53,729 nt of DNA from a virus. Lineage: Duplodnaviria > Caudoviricetes. The DNA lies in the IMG/VR virus record IMGVR_UViG_3300044266_000287, positions 1 to 53,729 of that record; one strand, 5' to 3'. The translations under genes were made by a program, and so were the position numbers. Below, in pieces: positions 20,105 through 31,058 of this stretch; the stretch's first letter is position 1, and every line of letters begins with the position of its first letter. Under the pieces are notes generated by a model. The model searched no databases and was not told where the DNA came from. It saw only the letters and a list, made by a program, of their open reading frames with translations.

Positions 20105-21505
20105 ATGGCTAATAAAAATATACTAACTTACGCAGCAAAAGTTTCTAACGTAGAACAAGTTTACTATGCTCCTGTGGCCGTGTTACCAATATCGGGCACC
20201 ACAATTAGTGCATTGTACGCTTTTATTGCTCGTGTTGATCCTTGGGCAGTTGATTCCAATCCAGATAAACCTGTTCAAACTCAAGCATATTTAAAATCTG
20301 TATACAAAAATATTTTTGCACTCAAACAGATTACTTCTAATAATGTTAGTCCTGTAGTTCCTCGTATTGATTGGACTACTGGTACTGTCTATGCTTATTA
20401 TCAAGATACAATTGATATGTTTTCACAGGATGCCTATGGTAATCCTTTATTGAACTTCTATATTAAAAACAGTTACGACCAAGTTTTCAAATGTTTATGG
20501 AATAATAATGGTCAAGCTTCTACTGTAATGCCTTTCTTCCAACCAGGAACATACGGCACAAACAATATTTTCCAAGGTGCAGACAATTACAAATGGAAGT
20601 ACATGTACACCATTAATTCTGGCACCAAAAGAACATTTATGGATTCTACATGGATGCCGGTACCTGTAGGTAACAATACAGAAGGACCAGTTTTTGCTAC
20701 GACTGCTTCTGGTGCAACAGATTTTACTAATCAGATTGGTGCTTTTGCTGGTGATATTGAGGTTATTAATGTGATAAGTGGTGGTAGTGGGTATTCAAAT
20801 ACCGTTTTACCAACAATTACCATTACTGGTGATGGTACTGGTGCTACTGCTCATGCAACCGTAAGTGCCAATGGTATTATTACCGATATTGTCGTGGACA
20901 CACCAGGTCAAAATTATACTTATGCGACAGTTACTATCACATCTACTGGTGGTTCAGGCGCATCCGTAGTAGCTCCAATCAGTCCAGTAGGCGGTCACGC
21001 ATTTGACCCTGTGGCCGAACTAGGTTGTAACCATGTAATGTTGACTTGTGAGTTCAATGGATCAGAAGGTGGAAATATTCCAACTGACATTCAATACCGA
21101 CAAGTAGGCTTTATTACCAATCCTACCGCCAAGAGTTCGTATCCATATCCAGCCAATAGTTCAATCTATAATGCCTCAACTCAAGTAATTGTGGCACCAG
21201 GTTTTGGTTCATACAATGTTGACGAAATTGTATATCAAGGAACTTCTACTAATCCATCATTTGTTGGTACAGTACTTGATTTTAGTTCAGCAAACAATGT
21301 TTTAAGCGTAATAAATACCACAGGAAGTTTAACTATTAACTCTCCAATATTTGGTCAAAGTAGTGGTACAACAAGAACAATATTAAACTATAGCACGCCA
21401 GACATTCTCCTACCATCAGGATATATTTCATATATAGAGAATCGTTCAGCAATTCAAAGAAGTCCAGACGGAATAGAACAAATTAAGTTTGTATTAGGAT
21501 ACTAA
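20105..21505 (+). CDS. gp8: Baseplate wedge subunit
   Basis: 'VVPRIDWTTG.VY..Y', 'FY..N....V.KCL.N', 'D.YKWKYMYTI', 'P.GGH', 'YIENR..I.RS....E.IK.VL'. Confidence 0.9.
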   Translation: MANKNILTYAAKVSNVEQVYYAPVAVLPISGTTISALYAFIARVDPWAVDSNPDKPVQTQAYLKSVYKNIFALKQITSNNVSPVVPRIDWTTGTVYAYYQDTIDMFSQDAYGNPLLNFYIKNSYDQVFKCLWNNNGQASTVMPFFQPGTYGTNNIFQGADNYKWKYMYTINSGTKRTFMDSTWMPVPVGNNTEGPVFATTASGATDFTNQIGAFAGDIEVINVISGGSGYSNTVLPTITITGDGTGATAHATVSANGIITDIVVDTPGQNYTYATVTITSTGGSGASVVAPISPVGGHAFDPVAELGCNHVMLTCEFNGSEGGNIPTDIQYRQVGFITNPTAKSSYPYPANSSIYNASTQVIVAPGFGSYNVDEIVYQGTSTNPSFVGTVLDFSSANNVLSVINTTGSLTINSPIFGQSSGTTRTILNYSTPDILLPSGYISYIENRSAIQRSPDGIEQIKFVLGY

Positions 21506-21514
21506 AGGTAAAAG

Positions 21515-24500
21515 ATGACAATCAATTTTAATGTAAGCCCTTATTTTGATGATTTTGATCCAACAAAGAATTTTCATCGTATTCTTTTTAAGCCTGGTTA
21601 TGCTGTTCAAGCTCGTGAATTAACTCAATCACAAACCATCCTACAGAATCAAATTTCAAATTTTGCTTCTGCTATCTACTCACAGAATACACCAATTTCT
21701 GGTGGTAAAGTAACAACCAATTTAAATTGCTATTACATTCGTTTGAACCCCACATTTGGTGGTGCAACCATTTCTGCTGGTAATTTTTTAAACAAGACCA
21801 TTACTGACGGAACTGGTACAGTATTAGCTAAAGTTATTGCTACTGCTGAAGGTGTAACTGGTGGAGATCCACCCACATTAATTGTTACCTACATTTCAGG
21901 TACACAATTTACAGACAATGCAACCATCACAGCAACTGATGGTTCAAACTTTCAAGCTCAAGTTGCTCCATCTGTAACAGGAACACCTTCTACAGGTTCT
22001 TCTTCAGTTGCTTCCATTTCTTCTGGTGTTTACTATATCGTAAATGGTTATTCACAATCATCTACAGCTAATGCTGACGGAACATATAACACTTATTCAA
22101 TTGGTAACTTTGTACAAGTAAATCCACAAACAGTTATTCTAAGTAAGTACAGCAATACACCAACATATCGTATTGGTTTAGAAATTAATGAGAGTATTGT
22201 TTCTTATGCTTCAGATTCTTCATTGTTGGATCCAGCAATTGGTGCATCTAACTATCAAGCACCAGGTGCAGACCGTTATCAAATCACTTTAACACTAACC
22301 ACATTCCCATTGACTGTTGGTGGGGATTCTTCATTCATTGAATTGGTCCGTATTGATAATGGTACAATTGTTAAACAATCCGACACAACAGTTTATTCTG
22401 CCATCGATGATTACTTTGCTAAGCGTGATTATGAAACCAATGGTGATTATGTTGTACAAGATTTTAAATTAACTCCTTCAGCAAATACTTCTAACTCAGC
22501 ACAATACAATTTAAGTATCTCTAAAGGTATTGCTTATGTTCGTGGTTATCGTGTAGAGAATCAATCTGCTCAAGTATTGACTAGTGACCGAGCAAGAACA
22601 ACTCAAACTGTACCATCAAACTCTATGTTTGTTGATTATGGAAATTATTTTGTTGTTGATACTGCTAATGGAGTATTTGATGTAACTACACAACCAACAG
22701 TTGATTTACATTGCGTACAAGCAGCAAACATTCTTTCTACTAATACAAACGTATATTCTTCTACATTAGTTGGTACTGGTGTAATCAGAGGATGGCAGTA
22801 TGTAAACTCCAATGGATCCAATACTGCTTCTTATGTTTTCAATGCTTATGTTTCTGACATTGTTACTAATACATTAAGTGGTAATACAAGTTCAGCTACA
22901 CCAACAACAATTACATTTAATGATATTAGTGGTACATTCTCACAATCAGCTAATGCTTATTATGGTGCCGTACTTACCATCAATTCAGGCACAGATGCTG
23001 GCGATTCTAGAACAATTGTTTCTTATAACGTATCAACTAAAACTGCTACTGTTAATCCTCCATTTACACAAACACCAGATTCAACTAGTAAATTTACTAT
23101 TTCGTTGAGTGTGTCTAATGTTAATGCTATCGTACAAAAGAATGCTTCTTATGGTTTAACTGCTAATGCTAATATTAGTATTGCTGGTGGTGGTAAATCA
23201 ACTCCATCAATAGTATCACCAACTGTTTTACAATTAGGTGGTTCACCAGAATTGATTTTCCCATTGGGTTATCCTTACGCCAATACTGTTTCAAATACAA
23301 CATATTATACAACACAAGTATTCCGCAATCAAGGTTTCAATGCCACAAGTAAAACATTAACACTTACTACAACTGCACCTTTGGCATTCCAAGGTCCTGT
23401 AGGTACTCCATTTAACGGTAATGTACTCAAACAATTATATACTTTAGTTAATAATAGTACAGGTCAAATCCTTGACTTTAGTGTTTCAGGTAATACAGCA
23501 AATATCACTTCAGCAACCTCTATTACATTTACTTCAAACACATACTCTACTGTTTCTAACGTAACAGTTATTGCTTCAATGTATGTTTCTAATGGTGATG
23601 GTTCTTCTAACATCCTTAAAACCAAAACATTAAATACTGGTAATACAACATACGGTAGTACAGGTCTTACCGCCATTACTGGTGTGTCAAATACAACTCT
23701 TGACCTTACTAATGGTCAGGCATATATTTTAAATTCTGCCATTAATGCCAATACTCCATTTTCTTTATATGTAACTGACGTTAAGAAAGTGGCCAAGATT
23801 ATTGACACAGGAAGTCCAAGTGTGTCTGCTGCTGGTGTGGCACTATCTACATTTACTGATGTAACAACTTCATTTGCTTTAGATAACGGACAACGTGATA
23901 GTCATTATGACTTTGCAACATTGAAGTTGTTACCTGGTGTACCAAAACCTAAAGGTAATCTGTTAGTTGTATTCAACTACTACTCTCACGGTGGTGGTGA
24001 TGGTTACTTTAGTATTAATTCTTATACTAATGATTCATACGCCAACATTCCATTCTACACAGCCAAAGATGGTATAACATATGCACTCAGAGATTGTTTG
24101 GATTGGAGACCATCAAAAGCTAATGGCACAACATCATACTATGGTGGTTGGGAATACAAATATCCAGGTAGTAGTCAAGGAATTTTAATTCCTAATAACT
24201 TCTCAAATGCACAAAACATTTATCAATACTATTTGGGAAGAAAAGACTTATTAGTTTTAACTAAAGACAGTCAGTTCCAAATTATTGAAGGTTCACCAGC
24301 AAGTGCACCTTTGCCACCTTCACAACCTAATGGTTCGTTGTTGTTAGCCAATCTCACATTAGATCCATATACAGCTTATGTACCTGGTCAAAATCCAGAT
24401 GGCGTTACATCAAACTTGTCAATTAATAAAGTTGTACATAAGCGTTGGGCTAAATCCGATATTACAGATTTACAAACTCAAGTAAACAATTTAGAATACT

Positions 24501-27500
24501 ACACAACATTGAACTCTTTGGAACAAGCGGCTTCTGGTCTATCTGTTTCAAATTCTAATGGTGTAACAAGACCTAATTATGGTATTCTTGTTGATGATTT
24601 TAATTCTTTTGCTGCAGCAGATACAACTAACCCAAATTATGCCGCTAATATTAATATTAGAAAAGGTCAAATGGGACCAGTAACTAGTGTTAATAACTTC
24701 CAGTTACAAAATCCTGTTGTAATGAATTCTTTGGGTAGTTTATATACTACAAACAATAATTATGCTATCAATAACATTGGTGGTACTGCAACAAACATCT
24801 TCACATTACCATACACTACTGCCAACTTAGTAGTTCAGCAATTAGCAAGTAATACAATTAGTGTAAATCCATTTAGTGTTGTTACCTATCAAGGTGTTGC
24901 AACGTTGAATCCTCCAATGGACAATTGGGTTAACACAACAGAAGTTCCTAGTGTTCTAATTACCGACCCAACATTACAAATTAATCAACAGGCTGGTGGT
25001 CTGAACTTGACTAACATGGGAGATTTTGCTTCCTTACCTGGAACAACTTCTGTTGTTGGTACAAATCAAAGTGGTGTTGCTACACTAAACGGAACAAATT
25101 CAACTTCTGCTCCATTACAACAAGGTGGTACGGGTTCAAGTACTTCTTTTGTGGCCGTACCAACACAGACTTATGTAAGTCAAATTACTGGTCTTAACAA
25201 TGCTCAAACATCTACTGCAACATCTACAGCATTAACATCTGCTGATGGTTATATTACAAACAATGCAGTACTACCAAATATCAGAGCACAAGAAGTAATC
25301 GTAAGAGCAAAAGGTATGTTGGTAAATACTCCAGTAGATTGCTGGTTTGATGGTCAAAAAGTAAATCAATGGATGACAATGCCAAACACCATCGAGTTAA
25401 CTGGTGTAGCAGGAACATTTAATCAAGATGATATCATTGGATTCTATGAATCTAATATTTCAACCTTCTTCCCTGTGGCTCGTGTTGTTTCAGTATATCA
25501 ATATCCAAATAGTACCGATGTTCGTTTGTATGTTGCAACAATGATTCAAGTACCACAGACTGTTACAACATCTACATTACAAAATGCTTTCTTTGATGTC
25601 AATGGTGTGTATCAAGGTTCATCTGCAACAGGTACAGTAACATTCACCAATAATTCGTTCCATTCATTACATACTTCAGGCACAGTTGCTGGTATCGGTG
25701 GTACATTTACTTCTGCCACAAATGCTACTGCAACAAACATTTTTGCTACTGAAGTAGTAAGTAACTGGTCTTCCTTCATGAACACTTATGGTGTATGGGG
25801 AGACCAAAATAATGGTTCATCTTATTCCGCTACATTCCCGTTCAAGCCATCATCTAACGGAACATACACAATTACTTGGGCTGGTGCCGATTCGGTCTCA
25901 GGATCAATTTCAGTTGGTGGCACAACAGTAGTATCTGGTACTTTAGTTGCCGAAACTAATTCTTCAACAACAGTTAATTTAACCGCTGGTGTTGCAGCAA
26001 ACGTTTCTTGGTCATTAAGCAATTCTGGTTCATATCAATGGTATGCGGGTCCAGGAGTTGCATTATCAATTACTGATCCTAGTGGAAACATTGTTTGGAA
26101 CTCTAGAACTCCAACTGGTTTAAATTATACCAATGGTTCTGAGTATCAAATGCCAGGCGGCGGTTCATTGTTTGTAGGTGCTACACAATTACAATTGGCG
26201 TCTAGTGCAAATACAAGTAATGGATTCTATACTGGTGCTTCTATTTCAGTTAAATCTACTTACACATATAATTATAACTATGGATCGATTTACTATCCTC
26301 CATACCCACCATTCTCCGGTGACTCTGATAGTGGTCGTGCAACTGCTTACAATACTGCTGTTTCACAATATAACGCCACAATATCTAATAATTTAGCACA
26401 GGCTAAGTCAGCTACCATTACGCTTTCAGCTACAGCTGTTATGACTGCTAACATTACATCATATAACGGTGTAACAAGAACAGCAACACTTGATACTCCA
26501 GTTAATGTATCATTTGGTACTAATAATGCCTATGGTAATCTAAATTCACAATACAACATTGATGGTACTAATGCTAGTGTGGCAGCCGCAATTCATAATG
26601 GTTCTGGTATACCACGTTTATCTACTGATGAACATGGACAATTTGTGGCCATCTTTAATATTCCTGGTTCTGAATTCTATACTGGACAAAGAATCTTCCG
26701 TATTGATAACCGTGTAATTCCTACACAACCTTCATCTGCTACAACATTTGCTGAAGCAACGTTCTATGCTACTGGTCTACAAACAATTAACCAGAATTTG
26801 AATTATGCTGCTTCTGTTGATGCTTCTGCCACAACAATAACACAAACCAATAATCAAGGTTACAATGTTGTTTCACAGACACCAAATATTGATCCTGTAG
26901 CACAAACATTCATTATCAGTAAACAGAATTATCCAAATGGTGTATTCTTAAATTCTGTCAATTTATTCTTTGCTCCGTTTACTAGTGGTGTAACACCTAG
27001 TTCTCCTGTTACAGTATCGATTGTTGGTACATTAAATGGATATCCAAATGGACAAACATTGCCACATTCAACTGTGACATTAAATGCAAATCAAATAAAC
27101 ACTTCAACAACACCAAATTATTTGAATAGTTCAACAGCAACAACATTTACATTTGATGCTCCTGTTTATGTTCAATCTGGTGTATTATATGCTATTGTTG
27201 TACAGTCAAGTTCTTCTGATTATCATTTGTATTATGGTGAACAAAATAAAGTAGCAATTGCTTCTACTGCAAATACAACTAGTTCTTCTATTGCTACTAA
27301 GATTGGTCAAGCACCTTACATTGGTGCTTTGTTTGAATCACAAAACTCTATTACATGGACAGCAGACCAAACCAAAGATTTGATGTTTGTTATTGACCAA
27401 TGTGTATTCAATACATCAGTTAATCCAAGTATTCCTTTTGTAGTACCATCAAATCTACCATCAAGAAAACTTGGTCGTCAAGATATTATGCAGAAGTTTA

Positions 27501-28591
27501 GTGCAAACTCTGTACCTAACGTGTATAGTTACTATGAACAAAACCAAGTAATGGATGCTTTCAATGTATCAACTACTGATTTTGTTCCTTCTTCAACGAA
27601 TATTAACTATCAATATCAGACAACATTATCAAAAGATGGTTCTTCAACATCATACAAACCGGTAACACCGGGTCGTTTTGGAACACCAACACAAGATAAC
27701 GTATATCTCAATGATGGTAATGGTGAACGTATATTGTTGAGAAGTTCAAACAATTCATTCTCAATGTTGGCCACTTTATCGTCAAATGATCCTAATGTAA
27801 GTCCAGTAATTTCTGATGATGGTGTTTCTTTGTATAGTATCATCTATCACGTTAATAATATGGGTATTGATACTAGCGCAATTACTTTGGCCAATACAGG
27901 TGCAAGTTATAACGCATGTACATTGTCTATTATTGTTACTTCTGGTCTAACTGGTTCTACTACAACTAATGACCTTGGTGTAGCAGACCTTCCAGTATTT
28001 GGTTACACAACCAATACATCTACAGGTTCTATCTCAAGTCTCTATATAACTTACCCTGGTTCTGGTTATATTGTAACTCCATCAATCAGCATCTACGATC
28101 CAACGACTCGTACTAGTGCTACTGCTAATGCTCAAATTGTTGTCTCTGGTGAAACTTCACCTACTGGTGGTAATGGATATGCTAAATATTTCACCAAGAA
28201 AGTTATCATGCCAGCTGGCAATGATTCTGGTGACATGAGAGTTTATGTTGATGCTTATCGACCAGTTGGTTCACAAATCTATGTTTACTATAAGATTTTG
28301 AGTTCAGCTGATACTTCAGTATTTGAAAATCAAAACTGGCAGTTGATGACTAATACAATGAACTACACAACCTATTCAACCGATAGAACCAATATTGTTG
28401 AGTATGAGTATGCTCCTGGTATTAGTAACTTGGCTAACAATAATATTTCTTATACAAGTACGAACGGCATTACATATAATAACTTTATTCAGTTTGCTAT
28501 CAAAGTTGTTATTGCTACACCAGATAGAACTAATGTTCCGTTCTTACAAGATATTCGTACCGTAGCATTACCATCTGGAACAGGAATCTAA
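21515..28591 (+). CDS. Giant virion structural protein, VrlC/DUF4815-like
   Basis: 2358 aa; 'NFNVSPYFDDFD..KNFHRILFKPG.AVQARELTQ.Q.ILQNQI', 'APGADR', 'LEYYT.L..LE', 'G..VD.F', 'DPVAQTF', C-terminal 'FAIKVV.....VP...D.R.VAL'. Confidence 0.85.
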   Translation: MTINFNVSPYFDDFDPTKNFHRILFKPGYAVQARELTQSQTILQNQISNFASAIYSQNTPISGGKVTTNLNCYYIRLNPTFGGATISAGNFLNKTITDGTGTVLAKVIATAEGVTGGDPPTLIVTYISGTQFTDNATITATDGSNFQAQVAPSVTGTPSTGSSSVASISSGVYYIVNGYSQSSTANADGTYNTYSIGNFVQVNPQTVILSKYSNTPTYRIGLEINESIVSYASDSSLLDPAIGASNYQAPGADRYQITLTLTTFPLTVGGDSSFIELVRIDNGTIVKQSDTTVYSAIDDYFAKRDYETNGDYVVQDFKLTPSANTSNSAQYNLSISKGIAYVRGYRVENQSAQVLTSDRARTTQTVPSNSMFVDYGNYFVVDTANGVFDVTTQPTVDLHCVQAANILSTNTNVYSSTLVGTGVIRGWQYVNSNGSNTASYVFNAYVSDIVTNTLSGNTSSATPTTITFNDISGTFSQSANAYYGAVLTINSGTDAGDSRTIVSYNVSTKTATVNPPFTQTPDSTSKFTISLSVSNVNAIVQKNASYGLTANANISIAGGGKSTPSIVSPTVLQLGGSPELIFPLGYPYANTVSNTTYYTTQVFRNQGFNATSKTLTLTTTAPLAFQGPVGTPFNGNVLKQLYTLVNNSTGQILDFSVSGNTANITSATSITFTSNTYSTVSNVTVIASMYVSNGDGSSNILKTKTLNTGNTTYGSTGLTAITGVSNTTLDLTNGQAYILNSAINANTPFSLYVTDVKKVAKIIDTGSPSVSAAGVALSTFTDVTTSFALDNGQRDSHYDFATLKLLPGVPKPKGNLLVVFNYYSHGGGDGYFSINSYTNDSYANIPFYTAKDGITYALRDCLDWRPSKANGTTSYYGGWEYKYPGSSQGILIPNNFSNAQNIYQYYLGRKDLLVLTKDSQFQIIEGSPASAPLPPSQPNGSLLLANLTLDPYTAYVPGQNPDGVTSNLSINKVVHKRWAKSDITDLQTQVNNLEYYTTLNSLEQAASGLSVSNSNGVTRPNYGILVDDFNSFAAADTTNPNYAANINIRKGQMGPVTSVNNFQLQNPVVMNSLGSLYTTNNNYAINNIGGTATNIFTLPYTTANLVVQQLASNTISVNPFSVVTYQGVATLNPPMDNWVNTTEVPSVLITDPTLQINQQAGGLNLTNMGDFASLPGTTSVVGTNQSGVATLNGTNSTSAPLQQGGTGSSTSFVAVPTQTYVSQITGLNNAQTSTATSTALTSADGYITNNAVLPNIRAQEVIVRAKGMLVNTPVDCWFDGQKVNQWMTMPNTIELTGVAGTFNQDDIIGFYESNISTFFPVARVVSVYQYPNSTDVRLYVATMIQVPQTVTTSTLQNAFFDVNGVYQGSSATGTVTFTNNSFHSLHTSGTVAGIGGTFTSATNATATNIFATEVVSNWSSFMNTYGVWGDQNNGSSYSATFPFKPSSNGTYTITWAGADSVSGSISVGGTTVVSGTLVAETNSSTTVNLTAGVAANVSWSLSNSGSYQWYAGPGVALSITDPSGNIVWNSRTPTGLNYTNGSEYQMPGGGSLFVGATQLQLASSANTSNGFYTGASISVKSTYTYNYNYGSIYYPPYPPFSGDSDSGRATAYNTAVSQYNATISNNLAQAKSATITLSATAVMTANITSYNGVTRTATLDTPVNVSFGTNNAYGNLNSQYNIDGTNASVAAAIHNGSGIPRLSTDEHGQFVAIFNIPGSEFYTGQRIFRIDNRVIPTQPSSATTFAEATFYATGLQTINQNLNYAASVDASATTITQTNNQGYNVVSQTPNIDPVAQTFIISKQNYPNGVFLNSVNLFFAPFTSGVTPSSPVTVSIVGTLNGYPNGQTLPHSTVTLNANQINTSTTPNYLNSSTATTFTFDAPVYVQSGVLYAIVVQSSSSDYHLYYGEQNKVAIASTANTTSSSIATKIGQAPYIGALFESQNSITWTADQTKDLMFVIDQCVFNTSVNPSIPFVVPSNLPSRKLGRQDIMQKFSANSVPNVYSYYEQNQVMDAFNVSTTDFVPSSTNINYQYQTTLSKDGSSTSYKPVTPGRFGTPTQDNVYLNDGNGERILLRSSNNSFSMLATLSSNDPNVSPVISDDGVSLYSIIYHVNNMGIDTSAITLANTGASYNACTLSIIVTSGLTGSTTTNDLGVADLPVFGYTTNTSTGSISSLYITYPGSGYIVTPSISIYDPTTRTSATANAQIVVSGETSPTGGNGYAKYFTKKVIMPAGNDSGDMRVYVDAYRPVGSQIYVYYKILSSADTSVFENQNWQLMTNTMNYTTYSTDRTNIVEYEYAPGISNLANNNISYTSTNGITYNNFIQFAIKVVIATPDRTNVPFLQDIRTVALPSGTGI

Positions 28592-28592
28592 T

Positions 28593-28820
28593 ATGTACGT
28601 TAAAGTAAAAGACGCCAACTTCGTTAGAGATACAAATTCTATGGCACTCATTAATACAGACCGTAAGGCAATTAATGAGTACCAAGAGAAGATGAGAATG
28701 GCAAAGGTCCAAAAAGACGAAATAAATAATATTAAATCTGAGATTGCTGATGTACGAGGTGATGTACAAGAAATCAAAATGATGTTAACACAATTACTGG
28801 ATAAAAATTTAAATGGCTAA
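28593..28820 (+). CDS. Small coiled-coil protein following the VrlC-like gene
   Basis: 'VRD..S.A.IN.D' then heptads 'EI..IK.EI.D...D..EIK.ML..L'; coupled to both neighbours. Confidence 0.7.
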   Translation: MYVKVKDANFVRDTNSMALINTDRKAINEYQEKMRMAKVQKDEINNIKSEIADVRGDVQEIKMMLTQLLDKNLNG

Positions 28821-30012
28821 TACAGTTTCTTTATTAAGTTATGCCAATACCTTTGGCGATTGGGTAGTTGCGACCAACTTTTTGATCCAGCAAAACAATA
28901 ACATTACAGCAAATAGTTATGTTAAATCTTCTGGTACACTATATCTTAATGATTCATCTTTAGGACTACAGGTTGCTAACGGTGCCGTATTTGCTGGTAC
29001 GTTACAGGTACAAGGTGCTGGTTCTTCTGCTTATGTACAAAACGGTCTTACAGTTAGTGGTTTAGGAACATTCTCAAATACTACTCAAAGTATTTTAACA
29101 TCTGGTCCTATAACATCAAACGGACAAATATCTGCTTCAGGTGCCAACACAGGTCTATATGTTGCCAACAATGCAACTGTAAACGGTACTTTAACTGTTA
29201 GTCAAAATAATAATACAACAGGCAACTTAACTGTTTTTGGTGGAACTACTTTAACTGGTGCAACAACTCTTTCTAGTACTTTAGGTGTTAGTGGTGCAGC
29301 AACTTTTGCTGGTACAGCATATGCTCAAGTATTCAATGCTTCATCTTCTATTACAGCACCGACAATTACAGCAACATCATTGACGGTTTCTGGTTCACCT
29401 GTACTCACCACAACAAATTATAATTCATATGCACCAACACTTACCGGTACTGGTGCTTCTGGTACATGGAATATTAATATTCTAGGTACAGCATCAAATC
29501 AAACCAATGCTAACTATGCTAATACAGCAAATAGTGTTTTAGCTACAAACATTGTAGGTAATATTCCAGGTAATGCTAACAACATTTCTGCATTTACAAT
29601 CAACCAAAGTGTTGGCACTGCAAACAACGTTCAATTTAGTTCTCTAGGTGTTGGTACAGCAGCATCAGGTACTACTGGTGAGATTCGTGCAACAAACAAT
29701 ATCACCGCTTACTACTCTGACGATAGATTAAAGACTCGTTTGGGTAATATTGAAAATGCTTTAGACAAACTGATGTCATTAAATGGTTTCAAATACGAAG
29801 CCAATGAGACAGCACAAGCATTAGGGTATTCAGTTAAACCAGAAGTTGGTCTTTCTGCACAAGAAGTACAAGCAGTATTACCTGAAGTGGTAGTACCTGC
29901 TCCTATTGATGAAAAATATTTGACAATTCATTATGAAAGGGTGATTCCATTATTGGTTGAGGCTATCAAAGAACTAAAAGCCGAAATCGATACTTTAAAA
30001 GGCGGTAAATAA
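28813..30012 (+). CDS. Tail fibre with C-terminal intramolecular chaperone (peptidase S74) domain
   Basis: N-terminal 'NTF.DW...TN'; C-terminal 'YSD.RLK....I.NAL.KL..L.G..Y...G..AQEV..VLPE.V...Y....PLLVEAIKEL'. Confidence 0.85.
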   Translation: MANTVSLLSYANTFGDWVVATNFLIQQNNNITANSYVKSSGTLYLNDSSLGLQVANGAVFAGTLQVQGAGSSAYVQNGLTVSGLGTFSNTTQSILTSGPITSNGQISASGANTGLYVANNATVNGTLTVSQNNNTTGNLTVFGGTTLTGATTLSSTLGVSGAATFAGTAYAQVFNASSSITAPTITATSLTVSGSPVLTTTNYNSYAPTLTGTGASGTWNINILGTASNQTNANYANTANSVLATNIVGNIPGNANNISAFTINQSVGTANNVQFSSLGVGTAASGTTGEIRATNNITAYYSDDRLKTRLGNIENALDKLMSLNGFKYEANETAQALGYSVKPEVGLSAQEVQAVLPEVVVPAPIDEKYLTIHYERVIPLLVEAIKELKAEIDTLKGGK

Positions 30013-30013
30013 T

Positions 30014-30358
30014 ATGCCAGGATATCAAGACCTTTTTATTAGTCAAGGTGATAACTTTCAAACTCAGATTACTTTAGCTGATGATTACGGAAGTGCCTAT
30101 AATTTAACTAATTTTTCTGTTGGTAGTCAAGCCAGAACCAGTTATTTTACTGCCAATGCAGCAGTAACTTTCAATACTTCTATTGTAGATGCAGCAAATG
30201 GTATTGTACAACTGGCGGCCAATTCGGCTACTACTGCCAATTTAACTAAAACTTTGGTATATGATGTTTTGTTGAGAGACCCATCAAATAATATATCTAA
30301 GATACTTGAAGGTCGTGTTTTTATAGATTTAACATCAACTAGTATTAATTCATTTTAA
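30014..30358 (+). CDS. Small virion beta-sandwich protein (BppU N-terminal-like)
   Basis: 'DL.I.QG..F...I.L......YNLT.....Q.R..Y...G...L......T..L....VYDV.....ILEG'. Confidence 0.6.
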   Translation: MPGYQDLFISQGDNFQTQITLADDYGSAYNLTNFSVGSQARTSYFTANAAVTFNTSIVDAANGIVQLAANSATTANLTKTLVYDVLLRDPSNNISKILEGRVFIDLTSTSINSF

Positions 30359-30367
30359 GGTGGTACA

Positions 30368-31009
30368 ATGACAAACGTAGTAATTAGTCCACCAAAATCG
30401 ATATCAGTCCGTGTAGGTACAGGAGTACTTACTGGAACTCAACAAGTTCAGATTAATCAAGCAACCAACTTATCCAATACTGCAATTACAGAGGCAAATA
30501 CTGCCTATATTCTGGCAAATAGTGTATCTGGTACTGCAAATACAGCTGAACTCATAGCAATTAATGCTGGAAATACAGCAAATTCTGCCTATATTTTGGC
30601 CAATAATGTATCTAGTACCGCCAATACTGCTGAAGTGATAGCAATTAATGCTGGAAACACAGCAAATTCAGCATATTCTTTGGCCAATTCGGTCTCAGGT
30701 ACCGCCAATGCTTCACAGGTAATTGCTATCTCGGCATACAATGCTGCCAATACAAAATTTAGTGCCAATGGAGGTATTATCAATGGTAATATCCTTCCAT
30801 CAAATGGAAATATCAGTCTAGGTTCGGCTGCAGCTCCATTCAAAGAAGTCTATGTGTCATCTGGAACAGTCTGGATTGATAATATAGCGTTAAGTAATAC
30901 AAATAATCAGTTTACTATCTCAAATGAAACTGCTATGAATGTGTCTGGAAATATCATTACCTCAGGTAAGTTTTTTGGTATCATAGACGCAGGTGACAAT
31001 TCTTTTTAA
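30368..31009 (+). CDS. Short coiled-coil adaptor protein
   Basis: Three 28-aa Ala/Asn repeats; 'I.GNILP......LGS...F..VY' knob; ends IDAGDNSF. Confidence 0.6.
   Translation: MTNVVISPPKSISVRVGTGVLTGTQQVQINQATNLSNTAITEANTAYILANSVSGTANTAELIAINAGNTANSAYILANNVSSTANTAEVIAINAGNTANSAYSLANSVSGTANASQVIAISAYNAANTKFSANGGIINGNILPSNGNISLGSAAAPFKEVYVSSGTVWIDNIALSNTNNQFTISNETAMNVSGNIITSGKFFGIIDAGDNSF
30494..30750 (+). repeat. Coding tandem repeat, 84-bp unit x~3
   Basis: ANTAYILANSVSGTANTAELIAINAGNT / ANSAYILANNVSSTANTAEVIAINAGNT / ANSAYSLANSVSGTANASQVIAISAYNA. Confidence 0.85.
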
Positions 31010-31016
31010 ATAAATA
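31009..31016 (+). promoter_or_regulatory. Putative late promoter (AATAAATA)
   Basis: Abuts the upstream stop; followed by an AAGGA SD and ATG 31059. Confidence 0.55.
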
Positions 31017-31058
31017 CAATAGTAATTTTGGTAATAATAATAATAAAAGGAAACTAAA